From a bacterium (GTDB lineage: Bacteria > Hinthialibacterota > Hinthialibacteria > Hinthialibacterales > Hinthialibacteraceae), in contig JBHGBC010000009.1 in NCBI GenBank assembly GCA_041946805.1, forward strand, positions 1 through 64,000: 64,000 nt of DNA. The letters are read 5' to 3'. The position numbers and the translations under genes are program-made. Shown one piece after another: positions 39,509 to 50,279 of this stretch. Under the pieces are notes generated by a model that worked only from the letters and a program-made list of their open reading frames with translations, was not told the origin of the DNA and searched no databases. Each line of letters begins with the position of its first letter. Position 1 is the stretch's first letter.

Positions 39509-40723
39509 TCACGCATTCTCGAAGGTCAGGGATTCACCCAGCCGCGGATCCTTCACCGGGACCAGCGAGCGTCCCCGCGCCAGCCACGCCAGGTTGGCGA
39601 GATAAAGGCCGCCCAGGCCCGCCAGGCAGCCGAAATCCACCAGGTGTAGCGGGACGCCGGGGGGACTGAATTCGGGCATCACCAGCCAATACAGGTCGAT
39701 CCAGTGCATCGCCAAAATCCAGACGGCCCAAAAGGCCAGGAACGGTTTCCGCCGTTTGGGATACCGGGACAAAAGGCCGCAGAAAGGAATGACGAAATGC
39801 CCGAAGATCAGAATCAGCCCCACCCAACCCCAGCCGCCGCTCTGCCGCCGCAGGAACCAGCCGGTTTCCTCGGGGATGTTTCCGTACCACATCAGCATGT
39901 ACTGGGAAAAGGCGATGTAGGCCCAGAAGAGGGTGAACGCCAGCAGCCATTTGCCCAGGTCGTGATAATGTTCCACGGTGATCGTATGGGTCAGCCGCCC
40001 CGTGCGCTGCAGCCCGTACACGGCGAGGGTCAGGAAGGCGTAAAAGCCCAGCATGCTTCCGCCGAAGTAATAGACGCCGTAAATCGTGCTATACCAATGG
40101 GGATCCAACGACATGAGCCAATCGAACGCGGCGAAGGTGACCGTCAGGCCGAGCAGCAGCAGGGCCGGGGCGCTCATCCGTTCCAGGCGCAGGGTTAGAT
40201 TGATGTCGCCGGATTCGTCCTGTTCCAGCGATCGGGACAACAGGTAGTACGCCAGGCCCGACCAAATGGCGAAATATAAAACACTGCGCGCCAGGAAAAA
40301 CACCACGTTCAAATAGGGGCTTTTCCAGGCTAAGAGTGGATCCTCGCCGGCCACGCCCGTGTGGCTCCAGGGATACAGGTTTCCCAGCCCGGCCAGGATG
40401 GGCAGAAAGAGCACGGCCAGCAGGAGCATATTGGCCCCCATCAGTTCCGCCAGCCGCCGCACCACCACGCTCCAGCCCGCCCGGGAAATATGATGCAGCG
40501 CCACGAAAAACAACGCACCCAGCGAGAGGCTTATATAAAAGGTGTAACTGACGAGGTACGAATGGAAAAACCTATTCCGTCCGTCCTCCAGGAACAAACT
40601 CAACAGAAACGTCGCGGCCAGCAATGCCAGCCCGGCTACCCCAGCCCACGGGGTGATCAGCAGGCCCGGGCGCTCCAAGTGGCGGCGTTCTTCCGTGATC
40701 TGGATTGGATCGGTCAGGTGCAA
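39509..40723 (-). CDS. actF: alternative complex III subunit ActF
   Basis: AGWSVVVRR, FDWLMSLDPHWYSTIYG, HYHDLGK, FSQYMLMWYGNIPEET. Confidence 0.92.
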   Translation of the reverse strand: MHLTDPIQITEERRHLERPGLLITPWAGVAGLALLAATFLLSLFLEDGRNRFFHSYLVSYTFYISLSLGALFFVALHHISRAGWSVVVRRLAELMGANMLLLAVLFLPILAGLGNLYPWSHTGVAGEDPLLAWKSPYLNVVFFLARSVLYFAIWSGLAYYLLSRSLEQDESGDINLTLRLERMSAPALLLLGLTVTFAAFDWLMSLDPHWYSTIYGVYYFGGSMLGFYAFLTLAVYGLQRTGRLTHTITVEHYHDLGKWLLAFTLFWAYIAFSQYMLMWYGNIPEETGWFLRRQSGGWGWVGLILIFGHFVIPFCGLLSRYPKRRKPFLAFWAVWILAMHWIDLYWLVMPEFSPPGVPLHLVDFGCLAGLGGLYLANLAWLARGRSLVPVKDPRLGESLTFENA

Positions 40724-40744
40724 GGGATTCTCCCCCTCCTCGTT

Positions 40745-41395
40745 CTACCGTACGGTTTCGAGTTGAGCCCGGTATTCGGCCGGCACGTCATCCAAGGTAG
40801 CTTTCTGGCTGCGTTGCAGGGCGCGGACATAGGCCACGATCGCCCAGCGGTCCTCAGGCGGGATTTGAGTCCCATACGCCGGCATGTTGCGGATGCCGTG
40901 GGTGATGGTGTTGAAGATATGCCCCACGGGGCGCGCCAGCACGGTATCGCTGTGCAGGGAGGTGGGAGCCGTCCAGGTCCCTTCCTGCAGCCGGTCCGCC
41001 CGGAGCGCGGCCATTCCGTCCCCGTAGCCCGACAGGCCATGGCAGGGCGCGCAGTAGATGGTGAATTCCTTCTGCCCGCGTTCCATCATCGGCTGGGTCA
41101 GCTTCATGGGAAATTCGGTTACCCATTCACCCCCGTCCTTGCCCTGGTAGAAGCGCGTGTCGCTTTGCAACTCGCCACGCGCCACGGTTCCCGGCACGCG
41201 GGGGCGCATGGCCCGCCCGTCGGCGAACAGAGGATTGCTCTGCTGCGCCTTGAAGCGGGGCTGGTTGTCCATGTCCTGGACCAGATGGATCCGGGGGCGG
41301 TCCGATTTGGTCACCCGGGCCTTGGCGATCAACAGAAAGGGCAACAGGGCCAGGACCAGAACGAGGCTAACGCTGATGACAATTCGAGCCGGCAT
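40745..41395 (-). CDS. actE: alternative complex III monoheme cytochrome c ActE
   Basis: QDMDNQPRFK, FADGRAMR..VPGTVARG, CAPCH, MPAY, DRWAIVAYVRALQ. Confidence 0.9.
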   Translation of the reverse strand: MPARIVISVSLVLVLALLPFLLIAKARVTKSDRPRIHLVQDMDNQPRFKAQQSNPLFADGRAMRPRVPGTVARGELQSDTRFYQGKDGGEWVTEFPMKLTQPMMERGQKEFTIYCAPCHGLSGYGDGMAALRADRLQEGTWTAPTSLHSDTVLARPVGHIFNTITHGIRNMPAYGTQIPPEDRWAIVAYVRALQRSQKATLDDVPAEYRAQLETVR

Positions 41396-41398
41396 GAA

Positions 41399-41971
41399 TC
41401 ATTCCTCGATCAATTCCACCGCCTGTCCTCCGAGGGAAGACAGAAACTCGCGGGTTTTTTGCTCATGAAAACGGGGGTCCGCCGCTTCGATCACGATGAA
41501 GAACTTATCCGTGGAGAACCGCCGGAACCGGGCGTTCGTCAGCAAGGGATGATGCCAGCGCGGCAGGCCGTTGAGCGCGAACAGGGAGACCACGGCCGCC
41601 ACCGCGCTGAATAGGATGGTCAATTCGAAGGCGATGGGAATGTTCGCCGGCAGGCTGAAAAACGGCTTCCCGCTGACGATGATCGGATAGTCCACCGCGT
41701 TCATCCACCACTGCATGAGAATGGCGGCCGTCACGCCCGTCAGGCCGCCCCCCAGGACGATCCAGGGCAGGACGGTCGGCCGGATGCCCATGGCTCCGTC
41801 CATCCCGTGGATCGGAATGGGCGAATGGACGTCCCAGTTTTGATAACCCGCGTCACGGACTTTCTCGGCGGCGCGCAGCACATCCGCCACCTCGTTGAAT
41901 TCCACCATCAGGCCGTGGGCCCGGGCTTTGGATTGGGATGCCGGTGATTTGGATTCCGTCGGCCGGTTCAT
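41399..41971 (-). CDS. actD: alternative complex III subunit ActD (DUF3341)
   Basis: DVHSPIPIHG, DYPIIVSGKP, FELTILFS, RFSTDKFFI. Confidence 0.92.
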   Translation of the reverse strand: MNRPTESKSPASQSKARAHGLMVEFNEVADVLRAAEKVRDAGYQNWDVHSPIPIHGMDGAMGIRPTVLPWIVLGGGLTGVTAAILMQWWMNAVDYPIIVSGKPFFSLPANIPIAFELTILFSAVAAVVSLFALNGLPRWHHPLLTNARFRRFSTDKFFIVIEAADPRFHEQKTREFLSSLGGQAVELIEE

Positions 41972-41974
41972 GCT

Positions 41975-43489
41975 TCACCCCTTCGGATGCAATGGATTCT
42001 CGGGCAGGCTGGTCTCGCCCCAGTATTCCGGTTCGTGCGCGTGGGGCACGTCGCCGTGGTAATCGCCCACGCCCCGGTGCTCGCCGTGTTCGAGCCGCGC
42101 CTGGGGCATGACGGTCTTCACTTCGGCCATCGCCACCATGGGCAGATAGCGGCAGAAGAGCAGGAACAGCGTGAAGAACAAGCCGAAACTGCCGATGAAG
42201 GTCAGGATGTCCACCCAGGTCGGCGCGTAATACCCCCAGCTGGAGGGCAAAAAGTCCCGGCTCAGCGAGGACACCACGATCACGAAGCGCTCAAACCACA
42301 TCCCCACGTTGATCAGGATGGAGAGAATGAACGTGATCAGCAGGTTGGTCCGGATCTTCTTGAACCAGAAAAACTGAGGGACCACCACGTTGCAGGTGAT
42401 CATGGTCCAGTACGCCCACGCGTACGGCCCGAAGGCCCGGTTGATGAAGGCGAAGGCTTCGTACCGGTTGCCGCTGTACCAGGCCACGAAAAATTCGATC
42501 AGGTAGGCGTAGCCGACCATGGAGCCGGTCACCAGGATGATCTTGGTCATGTTCTCGATGTGCCGCAGCGAGATGATTTCCCGCAGGCCGAAATACTGCC
42601 GGGCGGGGATCATCAGCGACAGCACCATCGCGAAGCCGCTGAAGATGGCCCCGGCCACGAAATAAGGCGGGAAGATGGTGGTGTGCCAGCCGGGCAGCTG
42701 CGCCACGGCGAAGTCGAAACTCACCACCGAGTGCACGCTGAGCACCAGGGGCGTCGCCAGCGCGGCCAGGATCAGGTACGCGCATTCGTGCCGGTGCCAG
42801 TGGCGGTGCGAGCCGCGCCAGCCCAAGGCCAGGACGCCGTAGGCGATCTGCCGGACCTTGGTGGTGGCCCGGTCCCGCAGCGTGGCCAGGTCGGGGATCA
42901 TTCCGACGTACCAGAACATAATGGAAACCAGAAAATACGTGTTGACCGCGAACACGTCCCAGAGCAGGGGGCTGCGGAAATTGGGCCACATCTGCATCTG
43001 GTTGGGATAGGGGGCCAGCCAGTACACCAGCCACACGCGGCCGACATGGATGCCCGGGAAAATGGCCGCGCAGATGACCGCGAAGATGGTCATGGCCTCG
43101 GCGAAGCGGTTGATGCTCGTGCGCCATTGCTGCCGGAACAGAAAGAGAATGGCCGAGATCAGCGTCCCCGCGTGCCCGATGCCCACCCAAAACACGAAGT
43201 TGATAATCGCCCAGCCCCAGGCCACGGGAATCATCACGCCCCAGACGCCCAGACCCGTGCCGATCAGGTAGGCGATCATCGCGAACATCACCATCGTCCA
43301 GAACACCGAGATGCCGAAGGCGATGTACCAGGCCCGGGGGGGCTTGGGCCGCTCGACGATGCCGCATACTTTCTCGGTGATCGACGCGTAATCGTTGTCG
43401 CCGGTGATCAGGGGCGCGCGCCGCCGGGGATCGTTTTGGGTATTGTCGAATTCACGCGGCGCCGTGTGTCGTAGGGTTGTTGTGATCAT
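41975..43489 (-). CDS. actC: alternative complex III subunit ActC (NrfD/PsrC family)
   Basis: [68 protein letters not shown]. Confidence 0.95.
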   Translation of the reverse strand: MITTTLRHTAPREFDNTQNDPRRRAPLITGDNDYASITEKVCGIVERPKPPRAWYIAFGISVFWTMVMFAMIAYLIGTGLGVWGVMIPVAWGWAIINFVFWVGIGHAGTLISAILFLFRQQWRTSINRFAEAMTIFAVICAAIFPGIHVGRVWLVYWLAPYPNQMQMWPNFRSPLLWDVFAVNTYFLVSIMFWYVGMIPDLATLRDRATTKVRQIAYGVLALGWRGSHRHWHRHECAYLILAALATPLVLSVHSVVSFDFAVAQLPGWHTTIFPPYFVAGAIFSGFAMVLSLMIPARQYFGLREIISLRHIENMTKIILVTGSMVGYAYLIEFFVAWYSGNRYEAFAFINRAFGPYAWAYWTMITCNVVVPQFFWFKKIRTNLLITFILSILINVGMWFERFVIVVSSLSRDFLPSSWGYYAPTWVDILTFIGSFGLFFTLFLLFCRYLPMVAMAEVKTVMPQARLEHGEHRGVGDYHGDVPHAHEPEYWGETSLPENPLHPKG

Positions 43490-46400
43490 CCTCTTTTTTC
43501 ATCCAATTCGGGATTGGGATTCCACACGCGGGCCAGATACGCGGTCCGCGGTTTGACATTCAACTCGCCCAGCATCGCGTAGGCCCGGTTGTGTTCGTGC
43601 AATTTCGACACCCGGCTGGCGGGATCATTCAAATCGCCGAACACGATAGCCTGGGCCGGGCACGTCTGGGCGCAGGCGGGCACGATCTCGCCGTCCTGGA
43701 TGGTCCGTCCGTTGTTTTGGGCCTGGATCTTGACCTGCTCGATCCGCTGCACGCAGTAGGTGCATTTCTCCATGACGCCCCGGCTGCGGACCGTGACCTC
43801 GGGGTTGAAAACCATCTTCTCGGTTTCCTCGAGATGCTTGTGATAATTGAAGAAATTGAAACGCCGGACCTTGAAGGGGCAGTTGTTGGAGCAATACCGG
43901 GTGCCCACGCAGCGGTTGTAGACCATCACGTTCAGCCCCTCGTGCGTATGCACGGTGGCGTTCACCGGACATACCTGCTCGCAGGGGGCGTTTTCGCAAT
44001 GCACGCACGCTACGGGCTGACGGGCCACCCGGGGAGCCTCCGGTTCGCCGCTGAAATACCGGTCGATCCGGATCCACTGCATCTCCCGCCCCCGCTGGAT
44101 TTGTTCCTTGCCCACGACCGGGATGTTGTTTTCCGCCTGGCAGGCCACCACGCAGGCGGAACAGCCCGTGCAGGCGTTGAGGTCGATGACCATGCCCCAC
44201 TTGTGGCCCTCGTACGGATGCTCGGCGAAGAGCTGCGCCGGCGCGTGTTCCTCCTGATGGAAAATGTGGGGATCGGCTTGGTAGTTCTCCAGGGTGGCTT
44301 CGCGGATCAATTCGTGTATGCGCTCGCCCCGCTCCCGCATGCCCACCACGTCGATGGCGTGATGGTCCTGGGTGCAGGCCTGAAGATAAGTCCGTCCGGT
44401 TTTTTCGATCGTCAAGCCGCCGCTGAAATTCAGGGCGTCGCTGACGCGCAACGCGTGGACCGGGAATCCGGCCTGGTTGCCCACCCGCCCCGCCTGGGTC
44501 CGGCCGTATCCCAGCGCCACGGTTACGGTTTTCGCGGGCTGTCCGGGAAGAATGAACACCGCCGCCTCGGCTTCCCGGCCGCGCAGTTTCAGCCGCAGCA
44601 AGTCGCCGTCCTGGACTTGGAGTTCCCCGGCGGTGGCGGGGCTGAGCAACGCGGCGTTGTCCCAGGACATCTTGGTCATGAAGTCGGGTAGTTCCTGCAG
44701 CCAGCCGTTGTTGGCGAAACGCCCGTCGTAGAGTTTCGTATCGGGGATAAAGACAATCTCATAGGGCCCCTCGGATGCCGAAGGTTTCCACGCGGCGGCG
44801 ATCTCGGACGGCTGGATTGTGGGTGTCACCGGAGGACAGGCGGTATCCGCGATCACCCCATCATGCAGCCATTGCCTCCAATCCGCTTCGAAATCGGCGG
44901 GCTGCAAGAGATTTTTCAGGATCCGCCGGGTGATTTCGTATCCCTGAGTGATCTCGTCCCCCAGAATCCGCGCCAGCAGCTCGGCGGGTGTACGGCCCCC
45001 GTAGAGCGGTTCGATCAACGGCTGGACCGTGGAGATCGTACCATCATACGCCCGGGTGTCGCCCCACGCCTCCAGGTAATGCGCGCGGGGGATATACCAT
45101 CCGCACAAGGCCGAGGTTTCGTTGCGGTATAAGCTCAAGTGAAGGCTTGTGGGGATCTTGGCCAGGAGGGCGGAGAATTCGAGATCCGCGGGAGCGTCGT
45201 AGGCGGGATTGCCGCCCAAAATCAGCAGGGTTTCCACCTGCCCGGCCTTCACCGTTTCGGCCAGGCCGCGGATGGCTTCTCCATGCGATACTCCCTGAAA
45301 AACCTCGTCCCGCGTATAAGTGGCCGTGCGGCCGGTGTTCCCCAGCATATCATTGAGCAAGGCCGCCAGGGCATGGAGAAACGGCGGTTGCTGGCAGCCC
45401 ACGGCCACCAGGCATTGTCCGCGGTTCGCCACTAAATCCTTGACCAGCGCGGTTCGCCATTCCTTGTGGGGAGCCTCCGCCCTTATATTTTTGAGAAATT
45501 CCTGGATCCCTTGCATGGAAGCCGGGAGTTGCATATCCGGGTGTTGGACGAGCTCCGCCGCCAAGGCCAGCGCGAACGGCTGGATCGTACTTGGCGGCAG
45601 CGCCAACCGGTGATCCGCCAGGCTGCCCGTGGTGGAGCAGTGCGATTCCACCGCGTACAGGCGGCTCATGCCGCCGGATTCGGGGTCGCGCCCGCGGTTG
45701 AAATCCCGCACATGTTTCAATTTGGCCGGATGCGCGCCCAGCGGATCCGCATCAAGGCAGAGAATGATCTTTGCCTGATCCAAATGCGGATGAACGCGCA
45801 GGGCCTCGCCGAACGCGAGCCGTGTCCCCAGCCGCTCGTTGTCCCCGCTGACCGATTCGTATTCAAACCAGCGCGCGTTGGGAAACGCCTGCAACAGCCG
45901 CCCACGCAGTTCCCGCACGCTGGGGGAGGATGTGGCTTCGCTCAAGACGCAAAATCCCTTCCCACCCTGTTGCCGCGCAGAGGAAAAATGCTGGCGCAGG
46001 AAGGAATCGACATCGGGCCAGGAAACCGTTCGACTTTGATTCTCTTCCTTGATGAAGGGATATTTGCCGCGGTCGGGATCGTACATCTCCAAGACACTGG
46101 CTTGCGCGAGGACATCCGCGGCGCCCAGGTTGCAGGGATGGCTGGGATTGCCTTCGACCTTGATCGGCCGCCCGTCGTAGCTGGTCACCAGCAATCCGTG
46201 CCCGATGCCGCCCAGTTCCATGGACGTGGCGTACCGCTCCGGCACGCCGGGCATCCGGCCTTCGGGACGTTGGGAGTAGGGAACGATGTTCTCCTTGGGC
46301 CACCGGCACGCGGTGAGCCCCGCCAGGCCGAACGAAGCGGCCATGATCCGCAAAAATTGGCGGCGGTCCGGCCCCTCTAAATATCCGGCCGCCCGGTTGG

Positions 46401-46530
46401 GAAATTCCCGTTCCACGAATTCGCGGAATTCCGGCTGATCGGCCAATTCGTCCAGGCTGCGCCAATACCGCCGGCCTTGCGGCTCTTCCGTAAGGGGCAG
46501 GGTTACAATCGGATCGTTTATCGATGGCAT
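43486..46530 (-). CDS. actB: alternative complex III subunit ActB (molybdopterin-oxidoreductase-like and Fe-S domains, Tat lipoprotein)
   Basis: [74 protein letters not shown]. Confidence 0.95.
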   Translation of the reverse strand: MPSINDPIVTLPLTEEPQGRRYWRSLDELADQPEFREFVEREFPNRAAGYLEGPDRRQFLRIMAASFGLAGLTACRWPKENIVPYSQRPEGRMPGVPERYATSMELGGIGHGLLVTSYDGRPIKVEGNPSHPCNLGAADVLAQASVLEMYDPDRGKYPFIKEENQSRTVSWPDVDSFLRQHFSSARQQGGKGFCVLSEATSSPSVRELRGRLLQAFPNARWFEYESVSGDNERLGTRLAFGEALRVHPHLDQAKIILCLDADPLGAHPAKLKHVRDFNRGRDPESGGMSRLYAVESHCSTTGSLADHRLALPPSTIQPFALALAAELVQHPDMQLPASMQGIQEFLKNIRAEAPHKEWRTALVKDLVANRGQCLVAVGCQQPPFLHALAALLNDMLGNTGRTATYTRDEVFQGVSHGEAIRGLAETVKAGQVETLLILGGNPAYDAPADLEFSALLAKIPTSLHLSLYRNETSALCGWYIPRAHYLEAWGDTRAYDGTISTVQPLIEPLYGGRTPAELLARILGDEITQGYEITRRILKNLLQPADFEADWRQWLHDGVIADTACPPVTPTIQPSEIAAAWKPSASEGPYEIVFIPDTKLYDGRFANNGWLQELPDFMTKMSWDNAALLSPATAGELQVQDGDLLRLKLRGREAEAAVFILPGQPAKTVTVALGYGRTQAGRVGNQAGFPVHALRVSDALNFSGGLTIEKTGRTYLQACTQDHHAIDVVGMRERGERIHELIREATLENYQADPHIFHQEEHAPAQLFAEHPYEGHKWGMVIDLNACTGCSACVVACQAENNIPVVGKEQIQRGREMQWIRIDRYFSGEPEAPRVARQPVACVHCENAPCEQVCPVNATVHTHEGLNVMVYNRCVGTRYCSNNCPFKVRRFNFFNYHKHLEETEKMVFNPEVTVRSRGVMEKCTYCVQRIEQVKIQAQNNGRTIQDGEIVPACAQTCPAQAIVFGDLNDPASRVSKLHEHNRAYAMLGELNVKPRTAYLARVWNPNPELDEKRG

Positions 46531-47168
46531 GTCGCACAGTCCGTTGACGGATTGATATTATTTTTCCGTCGCAATTCTTTTCCGAGGGCCATGGGGTCTC
46601 CCTCCGGTGTCCAATCCAGCTGCGTGACCTTATCGGCGGGGCGCAGATGCTTTTCCGGGTTGCGGTGACAATCCAGGCACCATCCCATGCTGAGCATTTC
46701 AGCCTGGTAAACCGTCTCCATCTTGTCGATCCGGCCGTGGCAGGAGACGCAGCTGATCCCCCGCGTGACATGGGCGCTGTGGTTGAAATAGACATAATCG
46801 GGCAGATCGTGCACCCGCACCCATTTGATGGGCATACCGGTCGCGTAACTCTCCCGCACCGGGATCAATTTTTGGCTGTCGGCGCGGATCATCTTGTGGC
46901 AGTTCATGCAGGTTTGCGTGGGCGGAATCGAGGCCTGGGCGGATTTCTCCACCGTGTTGTGGCAATACCGGCAGTCAATCCCCAGTTCCCCGGCGTGCAA
47001 GGCATGGCTGTACTCGACCGGCTGGGTGGGCATGTACCCCACATCGGTCGTGCGGGGCGATCCGCCATAATACAAAAGCGTTACCGCATAAGAGGAACCG
47101 ATGACTAGAAAAATAGCCAACGCCGTTGGAACGTGATTAGCCCATTTCGGAAAGGAAAAGGATTCCAT
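46518..47168 (-). CDS. actA: alternative complex III pentaheme cytochrome c ActA
   Basis: Five CxxCH motifs (CRYCH, CMNCH, CVSCH, CLDCH, CATCH); LPDYVYFNHSAH. Confidence 0.95.
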   Translation of the reverse strand: MESFSFPKWANHVPTALAIFLVIGSSYAVTLLYYGGSPRTTDVGYMPTQPVEYSHALHAGELGIDCRYCHNTVEKSAQASIPPTQTCMNCHKMIRADSQKLIPVRESYATGMPIKWVRVHDLPDYVYFNHSAHVTRGISCVSCHGRIDKMETVYQAEMLSMGWCLDCHRNPEKHLRPADKVTQLDWTPEGDPMALGKELRRKNNINPSTDCATCHR

Positions 47169-47529
47169 TGATTTTCGGGTTTTTTTATTGTTTATATTGG
47201 AAGACCACGAAAAGACGGGATGTGGCAGGCGAGATGATGCTAGAGATTATGTATCCTCATCCAGAAAATGGAAGTGTTGAAATCAAGAAATCTGATAAAT
47301 TTTATTAATTTTATATAGATATAGGTTTTTATTGAGCTTACGGGGATGATCTTCTTTCTCTTTCGGGATGGAATAGATAATTTGTTACCCTTTTCAAGTA
47401 TGAAAGGAGATTCAGGTTGAAAAGCTGGGGCGCGTTGCCACGTGTGCCTGCCATGCGACCGGACAACATTATCGATAATACTTTAAAATCGTACAGATTC
47501 AATCCACATGGAATGGAGGTTAAACTATC

Positions 47530-49236
47530 ATGCGAAGAAATATTATCCATCTATCTGTAATTCAGGGTATTATGATCTGTTTTGCTGTGGGTGTTGAATC
47601 AGTCCCCTGGGAGAAATGGGACCGTGGATTGATCGCCCTGGAGCGGGAGGATGGATCGGTTTTTCTCAGCTGGCGGCTGTTCCAAGACGATCCCGAGGAT
47701 CTTGTTTTTCAACTGGCGCGCGTGGATGGCTCGACGAACAGCACGCTCGGCCAGGTCGATCTCGGCCGGAAAACCTGCCATACCGACCGCTCCGTGAAAA
47801 AAGGCGGGAAATACACATACCACCTGTCCGCCATCTCCAAAAGCGCCCAAGGTGATCCCGAGCCCATGGCCTCGGTCGCAATTACGGTCACGGGAACGCC
47901 CCGGCCCTATATCTCGATTCCCCTCCAGGGTGATTACGACTTCCAGAAAGTGGGTATCGCCGACCTCGATGGGGATGGCCAGTACGAATACATCATCAAG
48001 CAGCCGGATTTCAACACCGATCCCTATCAGCAGCCGGGTTATTGGAAAAAGAGCACAACCACGTACAAAATCGAGGCCTATAAGCAAGACGGGACCTTCA
48101 TGTGGCGCCATGACATGGGCTGGTCCATCGAAGCGGGGATTTGGTATTCGCCCTGGGTGGTGTATGACGTGGACCGGGACGGCAAGGCGGAAGTCTATTG
48201 CAAGGCCGGAGAGGGAGATCCCCGCGATGAAAAAGGCCGGGTGCAATCCGGTCCGGAATACCTGGTGAAACTCGATGGCGCGACCGGGAAGGTCATTGCC
48301 CAAACCGATTGGCTGACCCGCGATGGCTTTGACGACTACAACTATTACTGCCGCAATTTCCTCACCGTGGCTTACCTGGATGGTCAAACACCGTCACTCA
48401 TCATGCAACGCGGGACCTACCGGCTGATCAAAACCCGCGCACTCGATATGAATTTCAAGATTCTCTGGGACTGGCAGGCCGCCGGGGAGTACGAAAACTA
48501 CCGTGGCCAGGGATCGCATGGACTCATCAGCGCGGATGTGGACCGCGACGGCCGGGATGAGCTGGTCCTCGGCGCGGCGGTCCTCGATGACAATGGCAAA
48601 GGCCTGTGGTCTCTGAAAATGGGGCATCCGGACATTTGTTACGTGGCCGACATCCATCCCGGCAATCCCGGCCTGGAGATTTTTTATGGCTTCGAATCCC
48701 GCCAGGATACGGATGGGATCTGCGTGGTGGACGCCCAAACCGGCCGGAAACTCTGGGCGCACAAAAGGCCTACTTACCACTTGCATAACCAGGGAATGTG
48801 CGCCGACTTTCTCCCCGAATATCCCGGCATGGAAGTGTTCTGCGGCGAACGTGACCGGGAGGAACGCTGGCTGTACAGCGCCGACGGGAAGTTGATTCAG
48901 TTCATGGAGAAAGGTTCCCTGAGCCCCCGGCCGGTCTGGTGGGACGCCGATCCCCAAAAGGAGTTCGTCCCCGGCCGGGACATCCAGGATTGGGGTGGCG
49001 CCCCGATGCAATCCCTCGAAGGTAAAGTGATTCTCATCGCCGATTGTCTGGGTGATTTCCGCGAGGAAGTGATCACGTGCCGTAATGGGGAACTACGTAT
49101 CTACTCGACCACGATTCCCACGGATGAATCCCGGCCCTGCCTGATGCAAGACCGCCAATACCGCCTGGGCATCGCCGCGCAGACCATGGGGTATTACTAT
49201 CCGGCGCAGTTGGGTTTGACGGAGGGTGGGAGATAA
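47530..49236 (+). CDS. secreted rhamnogalacturonan lyase family 11 (YesW-like) protein
   Basis: EKWDRGLIA, VFLSWRL, ADLDGDGQYE, YDVDRDGKAEV, AYLDG, GQGSH, DVDRDGRDE, ADCLGDFREEV, LMQDRQYR. Confidence 0.85.
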   Translation: MRRNIIHLSVIQGIMICFAVGVESVPWEKWDRGLIALEREDGSVFLSWRLFQDDPEDLVFQLARVDGSTNSTLGQVDLGRKTCHTDRSVKKGGKYTYHLSAISKSAQGDPEPMASVAITVTGTPRPYISIPLQGDYDFQKVGIADLDGDGQYEYIIKQPDFNTDPYQQPGYWKKSTTTYKIEAYKQDGTFMWRHDMGWSIEAGIWYSPWVVYDVDRDGKAEVYCKAGEGDPRDEKGRVQSGPEYLVKLDGATGKVIAQTDWLTRDGFDDYNYYCRNFLTVAYLDGQTPSLIMQRGTYRLIKTRALDMNFKILWDWQAAGEYENYRGQGSHGLISADVDRDGRDELVLGAAVLDDNGKGLWSLKMGHPDICYVADIHPGNPGLEIFYGFESRQDTDGICVVDAQTGRKLWAHKRPTYHLHNQGMCADFLPEYPGMEVFCGERDREERWLYSADGKLIQFMEKGSLSPRPVWWDADPQKEFVPGRDIQDWGGAPMQSLEGKVILIADCLGDFREEVITCRNGELRIYSTTIPTDESRPCLMQDRQYRLGIAAQTMGYYYPAQLGLTEGGR

Positions 49237-49245
49237 ATATCCATC

Positions 49246-49842
49246 TTACAATCCAAACCGCATGATATCCCCATTCGAGATTAATCCGTTGGAGACTTGA
49301 AAGGGGGCCAGGTCGCCGCCGCCCGCCGCCTCGAAATCGCCGTCCGGGCCGAAACTCATCAATGCCCATTGTTTGTTGGGACTGGCCTGGTTGGGGAAAT
49401 GCCGTCCCAGGCCGGCCGGGGTGCGGTACCCATCCGCCATGACCGGCTCCCAATACGGGTAGGTATTCAATGGTTCCGCCGGGTTTTCCAATTCGATTCG
49501 ATCGAACTTGTCTTCTGGAATCGAACTCATATAAGGCACGGGAGTGGTCAACTTGGTCAGCCGCATATATCGGGACATTTGCACGCCCTTGCACGTACCG
49601 GTATAACAACCCTCCGTATAGGAACGGGGCGGGAGGTTGTTGTCGATCCGGTAACTCTCGATGGCCGTGCCCAGGTTGCGCATGTCCGCTTCCGCCCCGG
49701 CGATCTTGGCCCGGATTTGCGCGTTGAGAAAGTTCGGCACGGCAATGGCCGCCAGAATTCCGATGATGGCCACGACGATCAACAATTCAATCAACGTGAA
49801 TCCCGGGCAATGTACGCATCGCATAATCAGCCTCTTCCGCAT
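49246..49842 (-). CDS. prepilin-type N-terminal cleavage/methylation protein (pilin/pseudopilin-like), paralog 1
   Basis: G|FTLIELLIVVAIIGILAAIAVPNF; LTTPVPY, SFGPD, SNGLISNGDI. Confidence 0.88.
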   Translation of the reverse strand: MRKRLIMRCVHCPGFTLIELLIVVAIIGILAAIAVPNFLNAQIRAKIAGAEADMRNLGTAIESYRIDNNLPPRSYTEGCYTGTCKGVQMSRYMRLTKLTTPVPYMSSIPEDKFDRIELENPAEPLNTYPYWEPVMADGYRTPAGLGRHFPNQASPNKQWALMSFGPDGDFEAAGGGDLAPFQVSNGLISNGDIMRFGL

Positions 49843-49964
49843 GAAATAATGGATGATTCAGCATATTGTACTTTTATGCCTGATTAAGTGTATGGGCAGG
49901 GTACGTGTCCCGCCTATACTATAAATCATCAGGGAATGGACGATAATAGGGTATGTAACTTCGG

Positions 49965-50107
49965 CTCCGGGTTGAAATCCTAGGCTGTTGGAGGATGCCT
50001 CTGGAAAGGGGTGCGGATGGAATAAGGGGGAGGAGATGTAAATCCGAGAAGTGATGGCATACAGATAGGGCTTACCCTCACCCGGGCCCTCTCCCAGGGG
50101 GAGAGGG
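49965..50107. repeat. REP-like modules
   Basis: CCGGGTTGAAATCCTAGGCT, CCTCTGGAAAGGGG, CCCTCACCCGGGCCCTCTCCCAGGGGGAGAGGG (50075-50107). Confidence 0.75.
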
Positions 50108-50279
50108 GATCAGAAAAGAGAGGTTGTTGTTTTCGTGTCTGGGTTCCCAGGATAAAAGCCCGGAGAAGCGGGGTAATGAAGAAACGCGCCCTGTTGGTGG
50201 ATGAGCCATTATTTCTGAGTTTGTGGATGGAAGCGCCAGGTTAAAACCATAATGTCCATCAATCCCAAAGAGTCTGCTC

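Noticed and set aside
50037..50207. Possible fifth copy of the 210-bp element (ATCCGAGAAGTG ... GGATGAGCC)
   Set aside because: Only short TIR-like fragments are present, the span is about 170 bp and the internal REP is missing; too degenerate to call by eye.
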